A stretch of DNA of 64,000 bases from Dehalococcoidia bacterium. Its GTDB lineage: Bacteria > Chloroflexota > Dehalococcoidia > GIF9 > UBA5629. Below the pieces are notes generated by a model, which saw only the letters and a program-made list of their open reading frames with translations, was not told where the DNA came from and did no database searches. Made by a program: the position numbers and the translations under genes. The DNA is taken from positions 320,001 through 384,000 of the forward strand of contig JBEKIW010000002.1 of NCBI GenBank assembly GCA_050011565.1. Reading direction: 5' to 3'. Within the stretch, counting starts at the first letter, position 1; every line of letters starts with the position of its first letter. Below are positions 9,285 through 18,298 of the stretch, in pieces.

Positions 9285-9746
9285 TTAATTGCCTACTTTT
9301 GAGGCGCTTCGCTTCCAGTCATAAACCGCTTTATTGAGGTTCTCAAGGAACAGGTCGAGGTCGCTCGGGGTTATATTCACATTCATGCCCTTTTTTCTTT
9401 TTATCTCCACGACGTGCTGGCTCACGAAGGTGGTGGCGAAGTTTATTCCCAGGCTTATTCCTTCGGGTTTACCGGCAGTCTCTAAAGTATCGAAGGGAAC
9501 GTTAAAAGAGAACTGGCCGCCGAGTACTATTCTAATTTTGCTATCGAGTATCTGGTATTTTCGGGGGAATACAGCCCAGTAGATGGCGCCCATAAGCACA
9601 CCGGTGGCAAACAGGCCGATAGCCGACTCGACCTGGGCGGTGAATAGGTAATACAAGCCAATGAGGATAAAGAACACCGGCAGCACCATAATGCCTTTGA
9701 GCCAGACATCATAGTGCGGGTTGTCTTCGTAAATTACCGAGTCCAT
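9285..9746 (-). CDS. Membrane protein with bacterial PH-like domain
   Basis: Two TM helices, then a beta-rich segment ending V.ITPSD...F. Confidence 0.65.
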   Translation of the reverse strand: MDSVIYEDNPHYDVWLKGIMVLPVFFILIGLYYLFTAQVESAIGLFATGVLMGAIYWAVFPRKYQILDSKIRIVLGGQFSFNVPFDTLETAGKPEGISLGINFATTFVSQHVVEIKRKKGMNVNITPSDLDLFLENLNKAVYDWKRSASKVGN

Positions 9747-10022
9747 CCGGCAAATTCTCTATGGTTTCTTTGGCATACATATTAACCCAAAATGACCTGT
9801 ATTGCTAGACGGCGGGATGGCCGGTTATTTAAGTACGTGTCACTCGCCTTCGAGTTACCGTACGCAGGGTCATCTGTGGGTAGATGACACCTATGAAGTT
9901 TGGATTTAGAATTTCTATTCAGCTGGCGAGGCTAAAGCCTCACCACTACATGTTCTGTCGACCTTGAGGACCTATTGTTGTAAAATGGTCAACGTGATAC
10001 TTAGAAACAAGGAGGCTATCGA

Positions 10023-10847
10023 ATGCCTACTGTAAAGGTTGGCGATATAAATATCTACTACGAAATACATGGTGATGGAGAACCATTGCTGTTAATCAGT
10101 GGCTATGGCCAGTACTCCGGGCACTGGGCGGCCTTAATTCCCGCACTTTCTCTGGCCCACCGGGTCATTATTTTTGACAACCGCGGTACGGGGAGGAGCG
10201 ACAAGCCGGACATGCCTTATTCGGCTAAGATGATGGCTGCCGATGCTAGGGGACTGCTCGACGCCATCGGCGTGGACCGGGCACACGTTTTCGGCATTTC
10301 CATGGGCGGCATGATTGCCCAGGAGTTTGCCATTAATTACCCGGAGAGGGTTATCAGCCTCATATTGGGCTGCACCGAATGCGGAGGTAAAAATGCGGTA
10401 CCTCAGACTAAAGAGGCTTTGAACTTCCTTTTCGGTCCGGAAATGGCAAAATTATCGGCAGCAGAGAGGGCCAGGCAGACACCGCCCTGGCTTTGGAATC
10501 AGGAATTCATAGATAAGCATCCAAAAGCAGTTGAGTTTTATATCGAAACCACTGCGAAGTTCCCCACACCGCCTCACGGCTACGCCAGCCAGTCACGTAC
10601 CATCAGGAGCCAGGATACCTATGACCGGCTGCCGCAAATCAAGGCTCCGACGCTGGTCATAGCCGGCGACGCCGACAGGATTATTCCGGCCGGTAACTCG
10701 AAGATTCTAGCCTCCAGGATACCGGGTGCCGAGCTGGTTATGCTGAAAAATTCAGGCCACGGCTTTTTCGGCGATGCCGCCCGCGAGTCTATCGGGGCAA
10801 TAGTCGATTTTCTGAAGCGACACCAGAAGGATAAGAAAAAAGTCTAG
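10023..10847 (+). CDS. Alpha/beta hydrolase (paralog 1)
   Basis: FDNRGTGRS, nucleophile elbow GISMGG, GD.D, GH; AAGGAGG RBS. Confidence 0.9.
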   Translation: MPTVKVGDINIYYEIHGDGEPLLLISGYGQYSGHWAALIPALSLAHRVIIFDNRGTGRSDKPDMPYSAKMMAADARGLLDAIGVDRAHVFGISMGGMIAQEFAINYPERVISLILGCTECGGKNAVPQTKEALNFLFGPEMAKLSAAERARQTPPWLWNQEFIDKHPKAVEFYIETTAKFPTPPHGYASQSRTIRSQDTYDRLPQIKAPTLVIAGDADRIIPAGNSKILASRIPGAELVMLKNSGHGFFGDAARESIGAIVDFLKRHQKDKKKV

Positions 10848-10922
10848 AAGTTGAATGCTTTGTTTATCTGTACAGGCTATGTGCCTACTAATGTGGTAAT
10901 TTAAAAACAAGGAGGCGCTGAA

Positions 10923-11735
10923 ATGCCCACGGTAAAAGCTAACGATATAAATATCTACTACGAAATCCACGGCGACGGGGAACCACTGTTAATGATACAG
11001 GGCTACGGCCAGTACTCCGGACACTGGACAACTCTGATTCCTCCGTTTGCTAAGGAGTACCGCGTCATTATCTTTGACAATCGCGGTACCGGGCGGACTG
11101 ATAAGCCGGAGACGCCTTACACCATGAAGATGATGGCTGCCGATGCCAAAGGTCTTCTCGACGCCATCGGCATTGACAAGGCGAATACTTTCGGCGTTTC
11201 CATGGGCGGCATGATTGCTCAGGAGTTTGCGCTCAACTATCCCGATAAGGTAATCAACCTGGTACTGGGCTGCACCAATTGTGGCGGAAAACAATCCGTA
11301 ATACCCACCCCGGAAGCGCTGGCATTTCTTTTTAATCCGGAGATAGGGAAGTTGCCGGTGGCAGAGCGAGCCAGGCAAACGGCGCCCTGGTTGTGGACCA
11401 AGGAATTTATCGATAAGCATCCTGAGGCTGTTGATAGCTATGTGGACATAACTATGAAATATCCCACGCCGCCTCACGGCTTTTCAGGCCAGGCACAAGC
11501 CATAGCGGGCCACGACACCTATGAGCGGCTGCCCCAAATTAAGGCGCCAACTCTGGTTATAGCCGGCGATGCCGACAGGCTGATTAATCCCGATAACTCG
11601 AAGATTCTGGCTTCCCGAATACCCGGTGCGGAGCTGGTCATGGTGAAAAATGCCGGCCATGGCTTCACTGAATCGCCGGAAGCTACCACAGCAATACTCG
11701 ATTTTCTGAAGCGGCACTCCAACGGCAGAAAATAA
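10923..11735 (+). CDS. Alpha/beta hydrolase (paralog 2)
   Basis: FDNRGTGRT, GVSMGG, AGH; highly similar to the upstream paralog. Confidence 0.9.
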   Translation: MPTVKANDINIYYEIHGDGEPLLMIQGYGQYSGHWTTLIPPFAKEYRVIIFDNRGTGRTDKPETPYTMKMMAADAKGLLDAIGIDKANTFGVSMGGMIAQEFALNYPDKVINLVLGCTNCGGKQSVIPTPEALAFLFNPEIGKLPVAERARQTAPWLWTKEFIDKHPEAVDSYVDITMKYPTPPHGFSGQAQAIAGHDTYERLPQIKAPTLVIAGDADRLINPDNSKILASRIPGAELVMVKNAGHGFTESPEATTAILDFLKRHSNGRK

Positions 11736-11742
11736 TCTTCCC

Positions 11743-12330
11743 TTATCTCCGGGGACGTGGGATGATTCGGCCTGTTCGGTTGATGTATAAACGGTATTCT
11801 TCTCCAAATTGCTCAAGCATCATCCGTTCCTCACGTGGAACCCGTAACAAGTATAGGGGTATAAAAAATGCCAGATAAGTTAAACCTGCAATCCAGTTTT
11901 GTATCAATAGCGCTTGAGCAATTCCCCACAGCCAGTATGCCGCATACATCGGGTGGCGAATGTATTTAAAAACACCGTTGGTTATGAGCGTTTGCTCCTT
12001 CTTAATTTCTGTAGTTATAGACCAGTTATGTCCTAAATCAGCATGTGACCTCCAGAGCAACCACAATCCCAAGGCAAAAATAGCTGTGCCAACCCACCCA
12101 GTCCAGGTTGGCAGGTCGTAATTGGCGAAATCCAGCCAGGACGTAAACATATAAAGCAGAGGCATAAGCATGGCTAATGGCGCTAAGTATATCAGTAAAC
12201 CCGTAATAAACCCTTCTGTACGAAAGATAGACTTTCTATCCTGCCAGTATTTCATCTCATACCATACACGGATAGCTGAGTACACGATTAAACCAATTAA
12301 ATAAAAAATCGGAAAAATATTGTCGAGCAA
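11743..12330 (-). CDS. Isoprenylcysteine carboxyl methyltransferase (ICMT/Ste14) family membrane protein
   Basis: LG.NWS......LITNGVFKYIRHPMY...R...EE.M....FG..Y..Y. Confidence 0.85.
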   Translation of the reverse strand: MLDNIFPIFYLIGLIVYSAIRVWYEMKYWQDRKSIFRTEGFITGLLIYLAPLAMLMPLLYMFTSWLDFANYDLPTWTGWVGTAIFALGLWLLWRSHADLGHNWSITTEIKKEQTLITNGVFKYIRHPMYAAYWLWGIAQALLIQNWIAGLTYLAFFIPLYLLRVPREERMMLEQFGEEYRLYINRTGRIIPRPRR

Positions 12331-12364
12331 AAGTAAACCTCCTGTTCTCTTATGACAGTCGGGG

Positions 12365-12937
12365 TTACGTGGAAAGTCGTGAGTTTTTTCTGTTTCTTCC
12401 TAACCTGGGAATGAACATCGGCACCTTTTCCTTGTATTCCAGGTAATCCCGGCCAAACTTTTTCTCCATTTCCTTCTCTTCTATAGCTTTTATATAGAGG
12501 ACATTAATCACGATGAAGAGAGGAGTGAAGATGAAAATGAGGGACAGCGAGCCGAACAGTAGTCCCAGCCCGAGCATAAAGATAAACATGCCCAGTAGCA
12601 TGGGGTTCCTGATATAGGCATATAGGCCGGTGGTGATGAGCTTCGGCGGCGGGTTGAAGGGGACTGGCGTGCCCCGGGTGCTGAAGAAGGCTATGACCGG
12701 CCAGAACATGATAAGCCAGCCGACAAACATAATGAACCAGGCTAGCCCCGCGCTCCACAAAGTCGAGCCGAAATGGAGGAAGGTAAGCCATTTGTCCAGC
12801 CATAAAGAGGCGAAGACGAATAGTACGATGATGCCGAAGAAGATAACCAACGCTATGGGCAATAAACGCATTCTACGCTTCATGCCTCCGGTGGCTACTC
12901 TGTAGACATAATCGGCATATCTATCCCAGACGCTCAT
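12365..12937 (-). CDS. ICMT/PEMT-family membrane methyltransferase
   Basis: GTPVPFNPPPKLITTGLYAYIRNPM...EEKEM..KFG..Y..YK..VP.FIP. Confidence 0.85.
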   Translation of the reverse strand: MSVWDRYADYVYRVATGGMKRRMRLLPIALVIFFGIIVLFVFASLWLDKWLTFLHFGSTLWSAGLAWFIMFVGWLIMFWPVIAFFSTRGTPVPFNPPPKLITTGLYAYIRNPMLLGMFIFMLGLGLLFGSLSLIFIFTPLFIVINVLYIKAIEEKEMEKKFGRDYLEYKEKVPMFIPRLGRNRKNSRLST

Positions 12938-12939
12938 TT

Positions 12940-13485
12940 TTACCTCCTGAACTTTGGAATGAACATCGGCACCTTCTTCTTATATTCCAGGTATTCTTTG
13001 CCGAACCTGAGCTCCAACTCCCGTTCTTCAACAGCTTTGAGATAGAGGAAGCCAAGCAGAGTGAGGAGAGGTATAAAGATGAGAATTAGCGAAAGCGAGC
13101 CAAACAAGAACCCCAGCCCTTCTCCGATTAGGATACCAGCTGTAGCCATTGGGTTCCTGACATGGGCGTATATCCCGGTGGTGATAAGCTTAGTCGGCGG
13201 TTTGAAGGGCATGGGTGTGCCACTGGCTCTGCGAAACGTTACTATTATCCAGGCATCGATGACAAAGCCAAGTAAAAGAAGGAGAGCGAATAGGCCGATT
13301 CCCCACCACGTGAAACGAAAAACGGGGAGAGCGAGCCACCTGTCTACCCAGAAGGAGGCAAGGATGAAGAGTGCAATAATGACGTAGAGGATGAGAGGCA
13401 TTAGCGCTTTGACGAAGGTTCTGCGTCTCTTGTCCCCAGTAGCGGCCGCATTGATAGACACTGCCCATCTATCCCAGATGCTCAT
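12940..13485 (-). CDS. ICMT/PEMT-family membrane methyltransferase
   Basis: GTPMPF.PP.KLITTGIYAHVRNPM...EEREL..RFG; start reset to MSIWDR, matching the paralog's MSVWDR. Confidence 0.85.
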   Translation of the reverse strand: MSIWDRWAVSINAAATGDKRRRTFVKALMPLILYVIIALFILASFWVDRWLALPVFRFTWWGIGLFALLLLLGFVIDAWIIVTFRRASGTPMPFKPPTKLITTGIYAHVRNPMATAGILIGEGLGFLFGSLSLILIFIPLLTLLGFLYLKAVEERELELRFGKEYLEYKKKVPMFIPKFRR

Positions 13486-13629
13486 TACTGCTATCCTTTC
13501 AGCGTTGTCTCGATGTGCAGTATAGATTTGTTTGAGACTTGTGTCCAGTTCGCCTGTCCCTATATAAATTTGTTTGACAGCCATGTAACGCGGGCGTATT
13601 ATCGGGAGGCTAATCATCAAGGAGGTAAT

Positions 13630-14181
13630 ATGGCACGCGTTAAATTAGTCGAGAAAGAACAAGCCGACCCAATAATTAAAGAGATGTTCCAGAAATTGGA
13701 TGACCGTAAAGTTCCCGTACTCAATTTATTCAAGGCTGTAGGCAATAGCCCCAAAGTAGGCCGCAATTTCGTCAGATTGGGCAATTCGATACTCAATCCG
13801 GATTTACTAGACCCGAAGCTAAGAGAACTGGCTATACTGAGGGTCGGCAATCTGCTGCGGTCGGAATACGAGTTCACCAAACATGTAGCCATCGGCACGG
13901 AAGCCGGTGTCACCAACGACCAGATTAACGAGCTTCCCAACTGGACATCTTCGAAGAGATTTACCGATATTGAACGGGCCGTGCTGCAGTATACCGAGGA
14001 GGTCACGCTTAATGTTAAGGTCAGCGACAGCACATTCGCTAATCTGAAGCGCTTTTTCGACGACCCGGCAATCGTCAAGCTTACGGCAACTATCGGCTAT
14101 TACGGAATGGTATCCAGGATACTGGTGGCTTTGCAGATAGAGCTGGAGCCCGGCGAAAAGGCTTTCATACCGAAATACTAA
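13630..14181 (+). CDS. Carboxymuconolactone decarboxylase / AhpD-like family protein
   Basis: LDPKLRELAILRV......YE...H; GGAGG RBS before ATG 13630. Confidence 0.85.
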   Translation: MARVKLVEKEQADPIIKEMFQKLDDRKVPVLNLFKAVGNSPKVGRNFVRLGNSILNPDLLDPKLRELAILRVGNLLRSEYEFTKHVAIGTEAGVTNDQINELPNWTSSKRFTDIERAVLQYTEEVTLNVKVSDSTFANLKRFFDDPAIVKLTATIGYYGMVSRILVALQIELEPGEKAFIPKY

Positions 14182-14220
14182 GTCGCTTGGAGGCCGAAAA
14201 CATCCACGGAGGTTGATTCT

Positions 14221-14982
14221 ATGCTCAGATTAAAGGATAAGGTAGCAGTTGTATCAGGCGCCGGCTCCTCGAGGCCCGGCATGGGGAATGGCAAGGCAAC
14301 GGCTATTTTGTTTGCCCGGGAAGGAGCCAGGGTAATTGCCGTGGATAAAAATCTGGAAGTGGCTGAAGAAACCGTCAGTTTGATTACCGGTGATGGCGGC
14401 AAGGCAATGGCGATACAGGCCGACGTCACCAAAGAAGCGGAGGCTAAAAAAGTTGTCGACGCGGCAGTCGCTAATTACGGCAAGCTGGATATATTGTTCA
14501 ACAACGTCGGCATCGGCCTGGGTGGCGGCGGCCTTAAGGTGACCGAGGAAGAATGGGATACTATTATGGACACCAACCTCAAGAGCATATTATTCATGTG
14601 CAAATACGCCGTACCGGAGATGAAGAAAATCGGCGGTGGTGCCATCGTCAATAATGCATCCATGGCGGCATTTTACGGTCACCGCCTCTATGCTTATGCC
14701 ACTTCAAAAGCCGGCGTTACGGCATTGACCAGGTCTCTGGCCGTGGGACTGGCCAAGGACAATATCAGGGTGAACTGCGTGGCGCCCGGCTTCATAGCCA
14801 CTCCGATGGTCCAACCCATTATGAACGAGAAACGTGAGCAGGGTGTCCGAGAGCGGGTGCCAATGCGCAGGCACGGTAAAGCCGAGGAGATAGCTTACAC
14901 AGTGCTTTTTCTGGCGTCAGACGAAGCTTCGTATATAACCGGGCAAACTATATGCGTTGACGGCGGCCTGTCCGTGATGTAA
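14221..14982 (+). CDS. Short-chain dehydrogenase/reductase
   Basis: SGAG.....G.G, NNVG, YATSK, IRVNCVAPG, TGQTICVDGG. Confidence 0.92.
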   Translation: MLRLKDKVAVVSGAGSSRPGMGNGKATAILFAREGARVIAVDKNLEVAEETVSLITGDGGKAMAIQADVTKEAEAKKVVDAAVANYGKLDILFNNVGIGLGGGGLKVTEEEWDTIMDTNLKSILFMCKYAVPEMKKIGGGAIVNNASMAAFYGHRLYAYATSKAGVTALTRSLAVGLAKDNIRVNCVAPGFIATPMVQPIMNEKREQGVRERVPMRRHGKAEEIAYTVLFLASDEASYITGQTICVDGGLSVM

Positions 14983-14984
14983 AC

Positions 14985-15017
14985 GAAAGTAAAAAGTAAA
15001 AAGCCAAAAGCTAAAAA
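14985..15017 (+). repeat. Intergenic heptamer tandem repeat
   Basis: aaagtaa aaagtaa aaagcca aaagcta; same family as 9236-9284. Confidence 0.65.
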
Positions 15018-15023
15018 TTCGGG

Positions 15024-15368
15024 TTATTTCTTTTTCCTGATTTTTTCCAGCGTTGCTTTGGCGTGCGGCACCATGGCGATGAACTTGGTCAGCTTTTTGC
15101 AGCCGTAGTCATCGCAGTAGGCGCAGTTAATAACCGCTTTGCCCTGTCCGCATTTTCTTATTTCGCAGACGTTACAGTAGCCGATAAGCCTTTTGCCCTC
15201 GGACTTGCAGCCGTCGCAGTTGATATCCTCCGGTTTAACGGACATCTTGTACTGCTTGGACCACATCTCAGCCACCTGCTTCCTTTTGGCATCATCGTTT
15301 TGCTGGGTGGCTATAAATGCCGGGCATTCGGTGCAGACTATGCCGCAGTAGGCAATCATCTTGTCCAT
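15024..15368 (-). CDS. Cys-rich DUF3795-family protein
   Basis: IAYCG..C..CP, CDGC, C..C.IR.C, NCAYCDDY.C. Confidence 0.8.
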   Translation of the reverse strand: MDKMIAYCGIVCTECPAFIATQQNDDAKRKQVAEMWSKQYKMSVKPEDINCDGCKSEGKRLIGYCNVCEIRKCGQGKAVINCAYCDDYGCKKLTKFIAMVPHAKATLEKIRKKK

Positions 15369-15401
15369 GGTTTCCTCCTTTTTCGAAGATCGCTCTGAAC
15401 T

Positions 15402-15435
15402 ATAAAGGGGCGGATTTGAAGTTCCGCCCCTTTAT
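15402..15435. terminator. Intrinsic terminator after the DUF4349 gene
   Basis: ataaaggggcgga...tccgcccctttat: 13-bp stem. Confidence 0.8.
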
Positions 15436-15447
15436 TTTTAGTTGGCG

Positions 15448-16332
15448 TTATTTTCTGGAAGTCCTGGCTTTGGCGTGGCGCCACCGTGTGAAATAGAGTA
15501 CTACCAGCAGTATAATAATCCAAACCGGGCTGAATACCGCCACCCAGATAAGTATGATTGCCAGTACCTTGCCGAAGCTGACCAGGCCGCGGGCTGCCGA
15601 CTTCAATGTTTCGAGTACGCTCCAGGCAGTCCCGCCTATGGGCTTTACTTTCTGCAGGTTTACGTCGATGAGCGCCATATCCGAGGTGCGCTCAATATAC
15701 AGGATACGCCCCTTAACCTGCTCGATTTGGCCGCGTACGTTAGATAGCTCCCGCTGCACGGCCAATATATCTTCTACCTTCTCTGCCTTCTTGAGCAGCT
15801 CCAGGTATTGAGCTTCGGTCGCCTCGAGGTTGCGAAGCTGTGCCTGCAGGTCGGTGTACTGCTCGGTTACATCCTGGCTGTTGGTGCTCTCATTAGGAAC
15901 GTTGACTGCTAACTTGCGGAGTTCGTCGAAGGCTTGGTCGAAGCGGTCGGACGGCACTCGAATGGAACTTTGGCCGTAGGTTGCGTCTTTATCTCCCGAC
16001 TTATTTGAGGACACCACATAGCCGTTCAAGTCTGTGGCAATTGCAGCCACGCCGGTCAGAGCCGCTGTTATATCATTTACCTCCAGAGTCATGTTGCCGT
16101 TCTTCACGATTTTGCGGTCCATGTCCGTGGTGCTAACCTCGCCGGCGACGGAGTGGGATGCGGTATCGTAGGTGTTGCTCTTAAGCATTTCTTGCGGTGC
16201 TGGCGGTGCTGGTACGGCTCCGCCCTCGAATGGCGGCGCTGTTACTGAGGTTTGTTTGGTGGCGCAGCCTGCAGCCAGTATCAGCCCCAGGATAACGAAT
16301 ACGGGAATCAGAATTTTGAGCAGTTTATTCAA
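15448..16332 (-). CDS. DUF4349-domain lipoprotein
   Basis: Lipobox LAAGC; RKIVKNG, IRVP, DVTEQY.DL..., coiled coil, C-terminal TM. Confidence 0.85.
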   Translation of the reverse strand: MNKLLKILIPVFVILGLILAAGCATKQTSVTAPPFEGGAVPAPPAPQEMLKSNTYDTASHSVAGEVSTTDMDRKIVKNGNMTLEVNDITAALTGVAAIATDLNGYVVSSNKSGDKDATYGQSSIRVPSDRFDQAFDELRKLAVNVPNESTNSQDVTEQYTDLQAQLRNLEATEAQYLELLKKAEKVEDILAVQRELSNVRGQIEQVKGRILYIERTSDMALIDVNLQKVKPIGGTAWSVLETLKSAARGLVSFGKVLAIILIWVAVFSPVWIIILLVVLYFTRWRHAKARTSRK

Positions 16333-16366
16333 TCGTTTACCTCCTTTTATCCGTTTCTATATGTAA

Positions 16367-16394
16367 TATACGGCTAATACCTAAAAGTATTACA
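16367..16394 (-). promoter_or_regulatory. Putative ECF-sigma (SigW/SigM-like) promoter of the DUF4349 gene
   Basis: Minus strand TGTAAT-N16-CGTATA upstream of the AAGGAGG RBS. Confidence 0.45.
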
Positions 16395-16503
16395 TAATAA
16401 GCATGTCCCAGAGACGAATCTGATATAATATTTGAATATTGAGCGAGCTTTGCAGTAATCATTCACTTTTATCCAAGAATAGTATATCAAAGAAGGAGCA
16501 TGA

Positions 16504-18204
16504 ATGGTTCAATCTATAGTCGAAAGTCTGGAGCCGTTATTCAATCCCAAATCGGTGGCTGTAGTAGGGGCCACGACTAACTGGAACAAGTGGGGATATT
16601 CAACATTCACCAGCGCTCTTAACGGATTCCGAGGGCCGGTGTACCCGGTGAATAATAAAGAAAGTGAAATCCTGGGCCATAAAGCCTTTGCCCGGGTGAC
16701 TGATATTCCGGACCCGGTTGACCTGGCTATTGTCGTCATCCCGTCGACCGGTGTGGCTGCAGTCATGGAGGACTGTGTGGCTAAGGGCGTGAAATCGGCC
16801 GTAATTATTTCGGCCGGCTTTGCTGAGATAGGGAAAGAGGGTAAAAAGCTGCAAGACGAAGTCTTGAATATTGCCAGGGAAGGCAACATTCGTTTCATAG
16901 GACCTAACTGCATGGGGTTCTGGAGCGCTTCGTCCGACTTGAGGGGATTCATGTTTCCCTTGCCGGTTAAGGATGGGCCGCTGGCTTTTGTATCGCAGGG
17001 CGGAAATGTCGGCGGTGCCGTGGTAACTTCCGGTTTTATGCGCGGAGTCGGCTTCCATCGCTATGTGAGCTGTGGCTGTGCTGCAGATATACAGATTGAG
17101 GACTATATCGAGTATTTCGGTCAGGACCCGGAGGTGAAGGTCATACTGGCATACATCGAAGGCCTGGTTGACGGTCGTCGCTTCATGGAGAAGGTAAAAA
17201 AGGTGACGCCGACAAAACCTGTAATTGTCCTGAAACCGGGTAAAACAGACGCTGCTGCCAAAGCCATAACGTCGCACTCCGGGGCGCTGGCAGGCTCTGA
17301 CGAGGCCTATGAGGCCGCGTTCAAAAGTATCGGTATCACCAGGGTGGAAAGCCCTGAGGAGCTGCTGGACGTGGCCATTGGATTTCTGACCCAACCGCTG
17401 CCCAAGGGCAGAAACGTGGCTATACTGACCCCAGGCGGCAGCTACGGCATTCTATGTGCCGAAGCTTGTGCCACAGAGGGCCTGGAAGTGGTCAAATTGC
17501 CTGATAGGGTTATTGCGGCGCTGGATAAGGTTTTTCCGCCGCGGTGGAGCCATGGCAATCCGGTTGACCCGGCCGGGGACAGGAACTTACTTACATATCT
17601 GACCGCTCCGGGCAAGCTGTTAAAGGTGGACGAGATTGACTCTTTGATTTTCATGGGATTCAGCGGTTTCTCAATTTTTGCCTCGCTGTTCATTTCCAGG
17701 GACTCCGGTGAGCCGGCTCCCTGGGTTTCCTCACGCGAGGCATTCCGTGAGATAGCCGCGGAATTTACCAGTGCGATCATTTCCAAAGATACGGTGAAAA
17801 TCGGCAAAACCGTATTTCCTATCGTTTCCGGTATGGCTTCGAGGATGGGAATTTATCACGAGGAAGACGTGGCTGAACTAACGGAGATAATTGCCGCTGC
17901 CATTGTCTCCGGCCGTCTCAGAGTTCCATTCCTGGTTAGCGCCTTCCTGCCGTCCGGTTCTGAGGCTCTGACCGAGATGGGAGTTAAAACCCCACCGACA
18001 GCTAATGAAGCTTCAGCTCATTTTTTGGTGGCGCTCGCCGAGCAGTGGGTGGCAAGTTACAAGAAGCCTGTGCTAACCACCACCTTTTTTACTGTAGACC
18101 AGCCGAGACTAGAGGGTACTCACTACGCTTACCCATCTGGCAGACATGCCGCCAGGGTCCTGATTAAGATGGTGGAATACAGAGAGTACCTGGACGCAAG
18201 TTAA
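16504..18204 (+). CDS. ADP-forming acyl-CoA synthetase alpha-subunit-like (CoA-binding) protein
   Basis: FNPKSVAVVGA, ISAGFAE, IGPNCMG, catalytic SHSGALAG, NPVD; no ATP-grasp domain. Confidence 0.85.
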   Translation: MVQSIVESLEPLFNPKSVAVVGATTNWNKWGYSTFTSALNGFRGPVYPVNNKESEILGHKAFARVTDIPDPVDLAIVVIPSTGVAAVMEDCVAKGVKSAVIISAGFAEIGKEGKKLQDEVLNIAREGNIRFIGPNCMGFWSASSDLRGFMFPLPVKDGPLAFVSQGGNVGGAVVTSGFMRGVGFHRYVSCGCAADIQIEDYIEYFGQDPEVKVILAYIEGLVDGRRFMEKVKKVTPTKPVIVLKPGKTDAAAKAITSHSGALAGSDEAYEAAFKSIGITRVESPEELLDVAIGFLTQPLPKGRNVAILTPGGSYGILCAEACATEGLEVVKLPDRVIAALDKVFPPRWSHGNPVDPAGDRNLLTYLTAPGKLLKVDEIDSLIFMGFSGFSIFASLFISRDSGEPAPWVSSREAFREIAAEFTSAIISKDTVKIGKTVFPIVSGMASRMGIYHEEDVAELTEIIAAAIVSGRLRVPFLVSAFLPSGSEALTEMGVKTPPTANEASAHFLVALAEQWVASYKKPVLTTTFFTVDQPRLEGTHYAYPSGRHAARVLIKMVEYREYLDAS

Positions 18205-18298
18205 AAGTCGAAAACACCTTTGAGTCTTTTGATATTGCTCAGGGGCTCGAGCCCCTGGCCATGACAACTTGTCAGCCTAAGGTTGAAGGAGGTGGGCT

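Noticed and set aside
10023-14181. PcaD/PcaC beta-ketoadipate pathway (hydrolases + CMD protein)
   Set aside because: Both families are broad; no dioxygenase, cycloisomerase or CoA transferase is nearby, and the genes are not in one operon.
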